From an uncultured Gemmatimonadales bacterium (GTDB lineage Bacteria; Gemmatimonadota; Gemmatimonadetes; Gemmatimonadales; GWC2-71-9): 64,000 nt of DNA. Where the stretch lies: positions 199,673 through 263,672 of the forward strand of contig CAWFPG010000004.1 in assembly GCA_963817715.1 (NCBI GenBank), in the 5' to 3' direction. This document shows, one piece after another, positions 9,599 to 23,892 of the stretch. A program made the translations under genes and the position numbers. The notes under the pieces were generated by a model, which had not been told where the DNA came from, did not search any database, and saw only the letters and a program-made list of their open reading frames with translations. The number at the start of each line of letters is the position of its first letter. Position 1 is the stretch's first letter.

Positions 9599-10935
9599 GG
9601 CGAGTCCTCGCCCTGCTCCTGCTGCTCACGGCGTGCGGGTGGTCGAACGCGTTGTACAACGCCCGCCGCCTGTCGGCCTCGGCGGCCAAGGCCGAGCGCC
9701 AGGATCGCTCTTTCGACGCCGGCTCACTCTGGGGTCAGGTGGCGGTGAAAGCGGAGTCGGCCTACGTCCGCAATCCCGATGGCGGCCAGGCCGCCGAGGC
9801 GCTCTGGCTCCGGGGCCGGGCGCTGGCGCACCTCGGCGACTGCGTCACCGCGATGCCGGTCCTCGAGCATGCCCGGGTGGCGGGCGCCGGGGCCGACTGG
9901 ATTGACGCCCTGCGACTGGAACTCGCCCGGTGCCGGGCGCAGGGCGGCGATCCCGAGGGCGCGGTGGCGATGCTGGAACCGTTGCTCGGCAGCGAGGATG
10001 CCGAGCTCCGCTCCGGGGCGATGCAGGTGGCCGGTCGCGCCCTGGTGCGGGCGGGGCGATGGGGCGAGGCGCTCCAGATGCTGGCGGGGGATCCTGATCC
10101 TGATGCGACCTGGGATCGTGCCCTCGCGCTGGCTCACCTCGGCCGTGTCGATTCCGCCCTCGCGGAAGTGTCACCCCGCATCGCCCTGGCCGACTCCAGT
10201 GCCAACTGGGATGAGTTGGTTCGTACCGTCGCCGCGGCGTCCCCCGAGGCCATCGACCCGTTGCTCACGCGCCTCGGCACGATGCGCAAGGTGAACGACA
10301 CCATCATGGCCCGTTGGCGGCTCGCGGCGGCCCAGGGGCTTCTCGCGGCCGACCACGGCGCGGCCGACCGGTACCTCGAGGCCGTGCTCGAGACCCCCAC
10401 GGTCCCGTCGGCCTCGCAGGCGCGGATGCTCCTGACGGAGCGTCGCATGGCGACGGTCGCCGATAGTGCATCGCTGCAATCGGTACTCGACTCACTCGGC
10501 CCGCTGAATCGCGGCGATGGGGTGGCGATGATCTTCGCGCAGGACCTGGCGCGCTGGGGGGATGCGATCCAGGGCGACATCCGCGCCAACCCACCGGGGG
10601 CCGCCACGGGTGACCTGGCGATGTTCTTCGACGCCTCGATCGCCCGGGACAGCCTGAAGGCACGCCACCTGGCGTCGTGGCTGTTCCAACGGATGGAGCA
10701 CGGGTGGCCGCAGTCGCCCTATCTCGCCAAGGGGCTGCTGGCACGGATCGCTCTGGAGCCCGACTCGGCCGAGGCAATCAGGGCTCGGCTCGCTGCGATC
10801 ACCGACTCACCCTATCTCGCGTTCCTGCAGGGGCAGGAAGGGCAGCGCTTCACCGCACTGGAGGATTCGCTGCGATTCTATCTCGACGACCGGATGGCCG
10901 CAGTCATCGCTGGGTCGGGACCGGACGCCAATTGA
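9595..10935 (+). CDS. lipoprotein with TPR-like helical repeats (hypothetical)
   Basis: ATG 9595 overlaps the amidase stop (ATGA). Lipobox MRRVLALLLLLTAC. The rest is Ala/Leu-rich and helical with repeated pairs. It is the in-frame continuation of track ORF 8449..10935. Confidence 0.55.
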   Translation: MRRVLALLLLLTACGWSNALYNARRLSASAAKAERQDRSFDAGSLWGQVAVKAESAYVRNPDGGQAAEALWLRGRALAHLGDCVTAMPVLEHARVAGAGADWIDALRLELARCRAQGGDPEGAVAMLEPLLGSEDAELRSGAMQVAGRALVRAGRWGEALQMLAGDPDPDATWDRALALAHLGRVDSALAEVSPRIALADSSANWDELVRTVAAASPEAIDPLLTRLGTMRKVNDTIMARWRLAAAQGLLAADHGAADRYLEAVLETPTVPSASQARMLLTERRMATVADSASLQSVLDSLGPLNRGDGVAMIFAQDLARWGDAIQGDIRANPPGAATGDLAMFFDASIARDSLKARHLASWLFQRMEHGWPQSPYLAKGLLARIALEPDSAEAIRARLAAITDSPYLAFLQGQEGQRFTALEDSLRFYLDDRMAAVIAGSGPDAN

Positions 10936-11795
10936 CCCGGGCACGATCGGTGGCCGGCCTCACCTTCCCGAACCCGGTCCTGCTTGCCTCGGGCACGGCG
11001 GGCTATGGCCATGAACTCAACGGGGTCGTCGACCTGCGTTGCCTGGGCGGCCTGGTGACCAAGGCGGTCTCGCTCGAGCCACGGGGCGGCAATGCTGCCC
11101 CGCGGGTGGCCGAGTTCCGGGGCGGGATGCTCAACTCGGTCGGGCTTGCCAATCCCGGTGTGGAGGCGGTCCGCGATCGCGAATTGCCGGCCCTCGCGGC
11201 GCTCGGCCTTCCCGGGCGCGTCATCGTGAACGTGGTGGGATTCACGCTCGACGAATACGCCGAGGTGATCCGTCGACTCGATGTCCTCGACCGTCACGAT
11301 GGCTACGAACTCAACCTCTCGTGCCCAAACACCTCCGCGGGCGGTCTGGAGTTCGGGGCGGATCCGGGCCAGGTCGCCGCGGTGGTGTCGCGGTGCCGGT
11401 CAGCGACCGCACGACCGATCTTTGCCAAGCTCTCGCCGGCGCTCGCCGACATCCCGTCGATTGCTGCCGCAGCGGTCGATGCCGGAGCCGATGGGATCAC
11501 CCTGATCAACACCATGCCCGGGATGCTCTTCGACGGTGGCACCCCGCGGCTGGGCAACGGCTTCGGCGGGGTGAGTGGTCCGGCAGTGCTTGCCACCGGC
11601 GTCCTGGCGGTGCAGCGGGTGGCGGCTCGCCTGCCCGAGGTGGCCATTATCGGGGTGGGCGGCATCCGCACGGCCGATGACGCCAGGCAGTACCTGCACG
11701 CCGGGGCCGCGCTGGTGGCCATCGGCACCGCCGCCCTTGCCGATCCGCGACTTCCCGAGCGGGTCGTCCGCGACCTGGAGCAGACCGATGGCTGA
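10932..11795 (+). CDS. pyrD: dihydroorotate dehydrogenase, class 1 catalytic subunit
   Basis: Motifs NPVLLASGTAGYG, NSVGLANPG, ELNLSCPN, GITLINT, GGVSGPAV, IIGVGGI. TTG 10932 overlaps the preceding stop; GTG 10951 is an alternative start. Confidence 0.85.
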   Translation: MTRARSVAGLTFPNPVLLASGTAGYGHELNGVVDLRCLGGLVTKAVSLEPRGGNAAPRVAEFRGGMLNSVGLANPGVEAVRDRELPALAALGLPGRVIVNVVGFTLDEYAEVIRRLDVLDRHDGYELNLSCPNTSAGGLEFGADPGQVAAVVSRCRSATARPIFAKLSPALADIPSIAAAAVDAGADGITLINTMPGMLFDGGTPRLGNGFGGVSGPAVLATGVLAVQRVAARLPEVAIIGVGGIRTADDARQYLHAGAALVAIGTAALADPRLPERVVRDLEQTDG

Positions 11796-12471
11796 ACTGA
11801 TCATTGCCCTCGACCATCCCGACGCCCCGAGCGCCGTCGCCCTGCTCGACCAGCTGCCCGAAGGCGCGGCGGTCAAGGTCGGTTCCGTGCTGGCGACGGC
11901 GGCGGGGGCGGGCTTCCTCCGCGGGTTGGTGTCCGGTGGCCATCCGGTGTTCCTCGACCTCAAGTGGCACGACATCCCCAACACGGTGCGAGGAGCGGTG
12001 ACGGCCGCGCGCGACCTCGGGGTGGAGATGGCGACGGTGCACGCGCTGGGTGGCCCCGCGATGGTCGAGGCGGCGGTCGAGGCGGCCGGCGATGCGATCC
12101 GGGTGGTGGCGGTCACGGTGCTCACCTCGCATGACGCCGAGGGATTCGGCGCGGTGACGGGCCGTTCGATCACCGACCTCGGCGCTGAGGTGACCCGGCT
12201 GGCTTCGATGGCGATGGCGGCTGGGGCCGCTGGGGTCGTCTGCTCGCCGCATGAGGTGGCGTTGGTGCGGCCGATCGTCGGTGAGGGACGGGTGGTGGTG
12301 CCGGGGATCCGTCGCAGCGGCGAGGCGCGAGGCGACCAGGTCCGGGTGGCGACCCCGGCGACCGCGGTCCAGGCCGGGGCAACCCACCTGGTGGTGGGGC
12401 GACCGATCACGGCGTCGGACGACCCGGCGGCCACCTACCGTATGTTTCAGAATGAAATAGCGGCCGGTTGA
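11788..12471 (+). CDS. pyrF: orotidine 5'-phosphate decarboxylase
   Basis: MAELIIALD..., [27 protein letters not shown]. The start overlaps the pyrD end by 8 nt. Confidence 0.85.
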   Translation: MAELIIALDHPDAPSAVALLDQLPEGAAVKVGSVLATAAGAGFLRGLVSGGHPVFLDLKWHDIPNTVRGAVTAARDLGVEMATVHALGGPAMVEAAVEAAGDAIRVVAVTVLTSHDAEGFGAVTGRSITDLGAEVTRLASMAMAAGAAGVVCSPHEVALVRPIVGEGRVVVPGIRRSGEARGDQVRVATPATAVQAGATHLVVGRPITASDDPAATYRMFQNEIAAG

Positions 12472-12485
12472 GGCGTGGCGGGGGA

Positions 12486-12531
12486 GGGGGGAAGGGGGCC
12501 GACTGGTGTCGGTGGGCATCCCCTTTCCCCC
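12486..12531 (+). terminator. GC hairpin after pyrF (GGGGGGAAGGGGG ... CCCCTTTCCCCC with inner GCCGAC/GTCGGT)
   Basis: Read directly. One bulged base, no T tail. Confidence 0.4.
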
Positions 12532-12568
12532 GCGCTGTTTACCCATCATTTTGGCTGATTCCGGGAGC

Positions 12569-12597
12569 TTGCGTCAGGGAGCGGCCACCGGTATCAT
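12569..12597 (+). promoter_or_regulatory. sigma70-like promoter for rpmJ-rpsM-rpsK-rpsD-rpoA-rplQ (TTGCGT - 17 nt - TATCAT)
   Basis: -35 at 12569-12574 and -10 at 12592-12597 with exactly 17 nt spacing. GGAG at 12626-12629 precedes the rpmJ GTG at 12638. Confidence 0.45.
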
Positions 12598-12637
12598 TCA
12601 AAGCTGTCCCGAAAACCCGGGTTCTGGAGATGATTTC

Positions 12638-12754
12638 GTGAAGGTCCGTTCAAGTGTCAAGCCGATTTGTGAGAGCTGTCGGGTGGTGAAGCGTCGCGGT
12701 GTGACGCGCATCATCTGCAAGCGCACTCCCAAGCACAAGCAGCGGCAGGGCTGA
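12638..12754 (+). CDS. rpmJ: 50S ribosomal protein L36
   Basis: [38 protein letters not shown] (38 aa). The track ORF from 12506 is an upstream extension. Confidence 0.9.
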   Translation: MKVRSSVKPICESCRVVKRRGVTRIICKRTPKHKQRQG

Positions 12755-12755
12755 T

Positions 12756-13136
12756 ATGGCGCGCATTGCTGGAGTCGACCTTCCGCGCGAGAAGCGCGTC
12801 GAGATCGGCCTGACCTACATCTTCGGGATCGGTTCGTCGACCAGCCGCAAGCTGCTCGAGGAGACCGGTATTTCCGCCACGACCCGAGTGCGGGACCTGA
12901 CCGAGCAGGAAGTCGGCCGGTTGCGCCAGGTGATCGAGCGGATGGTCAAGACCGAGGGCGCGCTGCGCACCGAAGTCGCGATGAACATCAAGCGCTTGAT
13001 GGACACCGGCAGCTACCGCGGCATCCGGCATCGCCGGGGGCTGCCGGTCCGCGGCCAGCGCACCCATACCAACGCCCGGACGAAGAAGGGCCCGCGTCGG
13101 GCCATCGCCGGCAAGAAGAAGGCGACGAAGAAGTAG
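12756..13136 (+). CDS. rpsM: 30S ribosomal protein S13
   Basis: [26 protein letters not shown]... Confidence 0.95.
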   Translation: MARIAGVDLPREKRVEIGLTYIFGIGSSTSRKLLEETGISATTRVRDLTEQEVGRLRQVIERMVKTEGALRTEVAMNIKRLMDTGSYRGIRHRRGLPVRGQRTHTNARTKKGPRRAIAGKKKATKK

Positions 13137-13139
13137 CCG

Positions 13140-13538
13140 ATGACAGCTCCCACGACTGGCAGGTCGGGCGCCAAGCGCTCGCGGAAGACAGTGGAGGCCG
13201 AGGGGATGGTGCACATCTCCGCGACCTTCAACAATGTCCTGATCACGATCACCGACATGCGCGGCAACACGATCACCTGGGGCACCGCCGGGAAGGCGGG
13301 GTTCAAGGGCTCGAAGAAGTCGACGCCGTTCGCCGCCACGGTGGCCTCGGAGAACTGTGCCCGTGAGGCGATGAACCTTGGCCTGCGCCGGGTGCACGTC
13401 CGGGTGCAGGGGCCGGGGAGCGGGCGCGAGTCGGCGATCCAGGCGTTGGCATCGGTGGGGCTCAAGGTGGCGTCGATCCGTGACGTGACCCCGATCCCCC
13501 ACAACGGGTGCCGTCCTCCCAAGAAGCGGCGGGTCTGA
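13140..13538 (+). CDS. rpsK: 30S ribosomal protein S11
   Basis: [42 protein letters not shown]... Confidence 0.95.
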   Translation: MTAPTTGRSGAKRSRKTVEAEGMVHISATFNNVLITITDMRGNTITWGTAGKAGFKGSKKSTPFAATVASENCAREAMNLGLRRVHVRVQGPGSGRESAIQALASVGLKVASIRDVTPIPHNGCRPPKKRRV

Positions 13539-13541
13539 GCC

Positions 13542-14177
13542 ATGTCACGATACACCGGACCGGCCTGCCGCCTCTGCCGGCGCGAGGGCACCAAGCTGTT
13601 CCTGAAGGGCACCCGCTGCCTCACCGAGAAGTGCGCCGTCGAGCGCCGCGGCTACGCGCCGGGCGAGCATGGCCAGAGCGGTGGCCGCGGGCGCAAGATG
13701 TCGGAATACGCCAAGCAGTTGCGTGAGAAGCAGAAGGTGAAGCGGCTCTACGGCCTCACCGAGGGCCAGTTCCGCACCACCTACGCGAAGGCGTCGACCC
13801 TGCCGGGCGTCAAGGGCACCAACCTCCTGGTGGCGCTCGAGACCCGGCTGGACAACATCGTGTACCGGATGGGCTTCGCCGCGTCGCGGCGCGCTGCCCG
13901 CCAGCTCGTGCGCCATGGCCATGTCGAGGTCAACGGCAAGCGGGTCGACATCCCCAGCTATCGCGTCACCCCGGGGATGGAAGTGCGGGTCGCCCCGGCC
14001 GATCGCGAGATGACGGTGGTCATGGCGTCCATCGAGCAGGCCTCCCGCGGTGCGCCGATGGGCTGGCTCTCGGTCGACAACGAGAAGGTCGCCGGGCGGC
14101 TGCTGGAGTTGCCGACCCGGGATTCGATCCCGGTGAACGCCCAGGAACAGCTCATCGTCGAGCTGTACTCGAAGTAG
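13542..14177 (+). CDS. rpsD: 30S ribosomal protein S4
   Basis: MSRYTGPACRLCRREGTKLFLKGTRC... with the S4 RNA-binding domain LDNIVYRMGFAASRRAARQLVRHGHV. Confidence 0.95.
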   Translation: MSRYTGPACRLCRREGTKLFLKGTRCLTEKCAVERRGYAPGEHGQSGGRGRKMSEYAKQLREKQKVKRLYGLTEGQFRTTYAKASTLPGVKGTNLLVALETRLDNIVYRMGFAASRRAARQLVRHGHVEVNGKRVDIPSYRVTPGMEVRVAPADREMTVVMASIEQASRGAPMGWLSVDNEKVAGRLLELPTRDSIPVNAQEQLIVELYSK

Positions 14178-14195
14178 CCAAAGGACGAGGAGTCG

Positions 14196-15248
14196 ATGGG
14201 CATCGATCTGACCGGTATGGTGCGTCCCCACGTGGTCGAAATGACCAAGTTGGAGGACAACCCCAATATTGCCGAATTCCTGCTGCAGCCGCTCGAACGC
14301 GGCTTCGGCCACACGCTGGGCAACGCACTGCGGCGCATGCTGCTGTCGTCGTTGCAGGGCAGCGCCGTCTGGGCGTTCCGGCTCGAGGGCGTGGTCCACG
14401 AGCACCAGACGGTCCAGGGCGTGCTCGAGGACGTCCACCAGATCGTGCAGCGGCTCAAGGCGCTGACGCTCACCCTCGCTGACGGGGTGGACGAGACGAT
14501 CCTGCGGATCACCAAGCAGGGGCCCGGGCCGGTCTACGCCGGCGACATCCAGGAGTCGGGTCAGGCGACGATCATCGCCCCCGATCAGCTGCTGTTCACC
14601 GTGCAGGATGACCGCGAGGTCACCTGTGAGCTGTACGTGAACAAGGGCCGTGGCTACGTCGAGAGCGAGATGCACCCGATGGACCGGTCCTACCCGGTCG
14701 ACCTGGTGCGGATCGATGCGATCTACAACCCGGTGCGGCGCGCCAACTTCACGGTGAGCGAGACCCGCGTCGGGCAGCGGACCGACTATGACCGCCTGGC
14801 GGTCTCGGTCGAGACCGACGGCACCATCACCCCCGAGGACGCGCTGGCCTACGGCGCCGCCCTGGTGGTGGAGCACTTCCGCTACTTCGTCGATTTCGGC
14901 ACCGTGCCGCAGGTTCCCGACGAGGTCCCCGAGGTCGCCCCGGCGGCCAGTGGGCTGATGGCCAGGCTGGCCCGGCCGATCGACGACCTCGGGCTCTCGG
15001 TGCGCTCGCTCAACTCGCTGAAGAACTCCAACATCCGGTCATTGCGCGACCTGGTCGAGTTCAGCAGCGACGAGCTTCTCAAGGTCAAGAACGTCGGTGA
15101 CAAGGCGCTCCAGGAGATCGCCGAGCTGCTTCAGGCCGAGGGGCTGAACTTCGGGATGCAGTTCGAGGAGGCCGATGGCGACCTCCGGATCGTGGATCAG
15201 GGCAGTGCCCCGGTGGCCGCGGCGAGCGGCACCGACGAGGAAGGCTGA
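14196..15248 (+). CDS. rpoA: DNA-directed RNA polymerase subunit alpha
   Basis: LQPLERGFGHTLGNALRRMLLSSLQGSAV and C-terminal domain LSVRSLNSLKNSNIRSLRDLV. Confidence 0.95.
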   Translation: MGIDLTGMVRPHVVEMTKLEDNPNIAEFLLQPLERGFGHTLGNALRRMLLSSLQGSAVWAFRLEGVVHEHQTVQGVLEDVHQIVQRLKALTLTLADGVDETILRITKQGPGPVYAGDIQESGQATIIAPDQLLFTVQDDREVTCELYVNKGRGYVESEMHPMDRSYPVDLVRIDAIYNPVRRANFTVSETRVGQRTDYDRLAVSVETDGTITPEDALAYGAALVVEHFRYFVDFGTVPQVPDEVPEVAPAASGLMARLARPIDDLGLSVRSLNSLKNSNIRSLRDLVEFSSDELLKVKNVGDKALQEIAELLQAEGLNFGMQFEEADGDLRIVDQGSAPVAAASGTDEEG

Positions 15249-15251
15249 GTC

Positions 15252-15608
15252 ATGCGGCATCGGGTCAAGGGACGCCAACTCTCGCGCACCGCGGCGCACA
15301 AGCGTGCGCTGATGCGCAACATGGCCGCCTCGCTCTTCCGCCACGAGGGGATCACCACCACGGTGGCCAAGGCGAAGGAGCTGCGGCCCTATGCGGAGAA
15401 GCTGGTGACGCTGGCGCGGCGGGGCGACCTGCACGCCGTGCGGCTGGCGGAGCGCAAGATCAAGGATCGCGAGATCCTCACCAAGCTGTTCAAGGAGATC
15501 GGTCCCCGGTTCGCCGCGCGGCCCGGTGGCTACACCCGGATCCTCAAGCTCGGCCACCGGCCGGGCGATGGTGCCGAGATGGCGCGGATCGAGCTCGTCG
15601 CCGAGTGA
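15252..15608 (+). CDS. rplQ: 50S ribosomal protein L17
   Basis: MRHRVKGRQLSRTAAHKRALMRNMAASLFRHEGITTT... Confidence 0.95.
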   Translation: MRHRVKGRQLSRTAAHKRALMRNMAASLFRHEGITTTVAKAKELRPYAEKLVTLARRGDLHAVRLAERKIKDREILTKLFKEIGPRFAARPGGYTRILKLGHRPGDGAEMARIELVAE

Positions 15609-15635
15609 CGACGATGCGGCGGGCGTGGCAGCGAC

Positions 15636-15659
15636 GGGGGACCTTCTGGTCCCCCTTTT
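15636..15659 (+). terminator. intrinsic terminator after rplQ (GGGGGACC-ttct-GGTCCCCC-TTTT)
   Basis: Perfect 8-bp GC stem, tetraloop and T4 tail, 28 nt after the rplQ stop. Confidence 0.7.
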
Positions 15660-15686
15660 CGTACCCGGTCGCCATCCGGATGCCAG

Positions 15687-15717
15687 ATGGGTGGCCGTCC
15701 GAGGGACGGCCACCCAT
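15687..15717. terminator. perfect 14-bp hairpin ATGGGTGGCCGTCC-gag-GGACGGCCACCCAT between convergent rplQ and rpmB
   Basis: Read directly. Could terminate rpmB (minus strand). No U tail on either strand. Confidence 0.4.
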
Positions 15718-15802
15718 GATTGACGCTGCTGGTGCCTCGGGACGACGGCCCGGCTCCGCCCCGTTCGGCCGGGGGTCCCTCGCCTGCGGCTCGGGACGAC
15801 GG

Positions 15803-15997
15803 CTACGCCGTCGCCTTGGCGATCTTGCCGCTGCGGATGCAGCGGGTGCAGACCTGGACCCGGCGGGGGGCGTCATCGACCACGACCCGGACGGTCTGCA
15901 GATTCGGCATCCAGCGCCGCTTGCGCCGGTTGTTGGCGTGGCTGACGTGGTTGCCGGTCGTCGGCCCCTTGCCGCAGACGGTGCAGACGCGTGCCAT
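15803..15997 (-). CDS. rpmB: 50S ribosomal protein L28
   Basis: [34 protein letters not shown]... (64 aa). AGGAG lies 8 nt upstream of this ATG. The track ORF to 16078 is an upstream extension. Confidence 0.9.
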   Translation of the reverse strand: MARVCTVCGKGPTTGNHVSHANNRRKRRWMPNLQTVRVVVDDAPRRVQVCTRCIRSGKIAKATA

Positions 15998-16074
15998 GAT
16001 GTAGACTCCTGGGTACTGGGTTCCGTGCAGCCGATAAAGATAACGACCGGGTCGGGCGTCTGGCAACCGATAGG

Positions 16075-21346
<5,272 letters not shown>

Positions 21347-21350
<4 letters not shown>

Positions 21351-22301
21351 CCACCGCGCGCGACCCGGCCTTCATCGCGGGACTCCGCGAGCGGCTCGCC
21401 GGGACGGTGCGCGACGCCGAGCCGCTGGGCCGCTGGTCGACCTACCGGATCGGTGGGCCGGCGACGGTGGTCTTCCCGGCGAACGCCGAGGACGTCGCGA
21501 TCGCGCTCCGGCACGCCGGCGAGGCCGGGGTGCCGTGGTTCGCGCTGGGGCTCGGCAGCAACCTCCTCTTTCCCGACCACGGCCTCGACGCCCTGGTGAT
21601 CCGGATCGGCAAGGGACTCGATCGCCTCGATCAGGACGGCGACCGCTGGCGGATCGGCGCAGGGATGCCGGCGCCGCTGGCGGCCAAGCGGACTGCGCAC
21701 GCCGGCTGGGGCGGGATCCACAAGATGGTCGGGGTGCCCGGCAGCGTCGGTGGCGGGGTCGTGATGAACGCCGGCTGCCACGGCGCCGAGTGGCGCGACG
21801 TGATCGAGTCGGTGGTGGTGGTCGACCCCGACGGGAACGACCGCGTGATCGCCGCGGCGGATGCCGGTTTCACCTATCGCCGGAGCGCGCTGGGCCATGT
21901 GGTGGTGCTCGAGACCACGGTCGACCTCCACCCCGCCGACAGCGCCGCCCTCGATGCCGAGACCGACGAGCTCTATCGCTGGCGCAAGGAGGGCACGCCG
22001 TTCAATCAGCCGTGCTGCGGCAGCGTCTTCAAGAATCCGGTGCTCCCCGACGACTGGGCGCGAGGCGCCGCGGACCAGCGGCCAGTTCATCGAGGCGACC
22101 GGGTGCAAGGGGCTGCGCGAGGGCGGGGCGGAGGTCTCGCCGATGCACGCCAACTACATCGTCAACACCGGCGGGGCCACGGCGGCCGACGTGGTGGCAC
22201 TGATGCGCAACGTGCGCGACCGGGTCGAGGCGCGCTGGGGCGTGCGGCTGGAGCCCGAGGTTAAGCTGATCGGGGCGGCGGGCGGGGCGGGGGAGATTTA
22301 G
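21347..22301 (+). pseudogene. murB: UDP-N-acetylenolpyruvoylglucosamine reductase, frame broken near 22058-22072
   Basis: GTG 21347 overlaps the carB stop. WSTYRIGGPATVVFPANAEDV...LGLGSNLLF...GSVFKNP is in one frame. SGQFIEATGCKGLREGGAEVSPMHANYIVNTGGATAADV is in the frame of ORF 21861. Confidence 0.85.
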
Positions 22302-22303
22302 GA

Positions 22304-22333
22304 TTGCGGATATCGCGGGGGGGGGGGTACGAT
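22304..22333 (+). promoter_or_regulatory. putative promoter TTGCGG - 18 nt (includes G11) - TACGAT for the low-GC cassette
   Basis: Hexamers read directly. The spacer length is set by the homopolymer. No experimental support. Confidence 0.3.
22317..22327. repeat. G11 homopolymer
   Basis: Counted directly (cgc + 11 g + tac). Lies 16 nt after the murB stop and 72 nt before the mini-protein ATG. Confidence 0.9.
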
Positions 22334-22398
22334 GGTTTGAGGTCGTCTTGTGTGATATGGAGATGGCCAGGATCATTTCCCCCGCTGAGGAGAATGTG

Positions 22399-22698
22399 AT
22401 GGAACACGTCCGATCGATTGCACTAAGTGGAGCCCGCCTTGGCCTTGCCGTTCTGGCGTTGGTCTTGGTCACCGGGGCAGAGGCTCAAGCCACGGACGGG
22501 CAAGGCGGCTGCTCGGCGGCGGATCCGGGTTGGTACTGCGCCACGGCCAGTTCGTTCGAGGGGACGAGCTACTGCATTCCGGGGCAGAGTGGCGGGTGTG
22601 AAACCTGTCATCACACCGGTGACACGGACGACAAGTGCTTCTACTCCGGTGGGCCGAAGCACACGGGGTACAAGGCCGAGGCGTATCCAGGCGCCTAG
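22399..22698 (+). CDS. secreted cysteine-rich mini-protein (99-aa precursor, about 69-aa mature, 6 Cys, one CXXCH motif), hypothetical
   Basis: GAGGAG lies 6 nt before ATG 22399. Sec-type signal MEHVRSIALSGARLGLAVLALVLVTGAEAQA. Mature part TDGQGGCSAADPGWYCATASSFEGTSYCIPGQSGGCETCHHTGDTDDKCFYSGGPKHTGYKAEAYPGA. Confidence 0.55.
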   Translation: MEHVRSIALSGARLGLAVLALVLVTGAEAQATDGQGGCSAADPGWYCATASSFEGTSYCIPGQSGGCETCHHTGDTDDKCFYSGGPKHTGYKAEAYPGA

Positions 22699-22711
22699 TC
22701 GCGGAGCCCGG

Positions 22712-23869
22712 ATGTTCCGCTGCCCAACGGTCGAGGACGCAATGTCACGACTCCGGCTCGCATTGGGGTCATGTGCGCAGGTCTGGACGCGAGCGACGCG
22801 ATGGGGAGGGTCTCTCTGGATCCGGAAACGGCATGGCCCAATATCGGTTCGAGTTCTGCGACTAATGCTCGTCGCGACTCTCGGCTGCGTTGGTTCCGAA
22901 GATCCTGGGCTCATGCCGATAGAGGTCAGTTCGTCTGTCCTATCCAGGAACTCTGCGGTCGGTCGAGCGAACTACCTCATGGCGCGGGGGCCATTCCTCT
23001 GGGTGACGGATGCCAGCGGGGAGCCGTTCCTTCACGTCATCGACCTCCGAAGTGGAGCCCTCCTTCATTCCTTGGGGCGACGAGGAGAAGGACCGGGAGA
23101 GTTCGCGTCGATGGGCAGGCCGCTCCCGAGTCCGGCGAGCCCGTACGGAATGCTTGCCTATGACGAAGACCTGAATCGACTCACCGATATTCAGCTCGAT
23201 TCGACCGGTGACGTCCGCATCGGGGCGTTGGCCAGCTTGCCCACGGCTCCGATGCCATCGGCCCTCACCTCATTCGGGAATGGGTACTTAGGCTGGGTTT
23301 CAGACAGCAATGCCAGGTGGATGATCATCCGTCGTGGCGAGTCCGGGCGGCGGCTTGTCGATGGCCCGCTGCTCGGCAATGGATCCGTGCCGTACTCGCA
23401 GCGTGTCCTCGCATCGGCAAATCTCAAAGTCTGTGTCAAGCCCGATCAAACCAAATTCGCGGTGCTTTACGGTTCGGCCGGACGCATCGAGCTGCACGAT
23501 TCGTCGGCAGCCCTGCTCGATTTGGCGGCGACGCCGGATTCGAGTAATGGCGATTTCGAATTGAAGGATGGAGTGGCCCGCTGGAATAGGCATCGCTACT
23601 ACTACTCGGATTGTGCGGCGACCGATCAATATCTGTTCGCCTTGTTTTCCGGACAGGTTGAGGGGGTGGGAGTCGAGATGGCCTATGCCGGGGATCGCGT
23701 GCAGGTTTTCGACTGGTCCGGGGCGTTGCGCGGTGTGCTTGCGCTGCCCTTTAGGGTCGCTCGGATGGCGGTCGATGCAGAACAGCGGAGCCTGTACGGA
23801 TCGGGCACTGACGGGGAGACGATCTATCGTTTCAGTATCCCCGCGGAGTTCCAGGGAGTTGGCCGCTGA
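22712..23869 (+). CDS. beta-propeller-like periplasmic protein or lipoprotein (6-bladed TolB-like / arylsulfotransferase-like fold suspected), hypothetical; start uncertain
   Basis: Repeated strand-like motifs: FLWVTDASGEPFLHVIDLRSGALLHSLG, YLFALFSG, VQVFDWSGALRGVLALP, and the terminal SLYGSGTDGETIYRFSI. There is a possible signal or anchor RKRHGPISVRVLRLMLVATLGC. Candidate ATGs are 22712 (GGAG upstream), 22742 and 22865. The track ORF from 22427 overlaps the mini-protein gene and is rejected upstream of 22712. Confidence 0.5.
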   Translation: MFRCPTVEDAMSRLRLALGSCAQVWTRATRWGGSLWIRKRHGPISVRVLRLMLVATLGCVGSEDPGLMPIEVSSSVLSRNSAVGRANYLMARGPFLWVTDASGEPFLHVIDLRSGALLHSLGRRGEGPGEFASMGRPLPSPASPYGMLAYDEDLNRLTDIQLDSTGDVRIGALASLPTAPMPSALTSFGNGYLGWVSDSNARWMIIRRGESGRRLVDGPLLGNGSVPYSQRVLASANLKVCVKPDQTKFAVLYGSAGRIELHDSSAALLDLAATPDSSNGDFELKDGVARWNRHRYYYSDCAATDQYLFALFSGQVEGVGVEMAYAGDRVQVFDWSGALRGVLALPFRVARMAVDAEQRSLYGSGTDGETIYRFSIPAEFQGVGR

Positions 23870-23892
23870 GCACCCGCCCCATTGCCGTCAGG

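Noticed and set aside
22399-22698. The mini-protein as a HiPIP or a classical class I cytochrome c
   Set aside because: It has no twin-arginine signal, and its Cys order and spacing differ from HiPIP. It has no Met axial ligand, and the CXXCH is mid-sequence rather than N-terminal as in class I cytochromes. Only the generic CXXCH observation is kept.
22427-22711. N-terminal 95 codons of track ORF 22427..23869 (and the minus-strand ORF 22423..22914) overlapping the mini-protein gene
   Set aside because: The text is Arg/Pro-rich and non-protein-like with no SD. The overlapping frame has a proper SD, a signal peptide and an AXA cleavage site.
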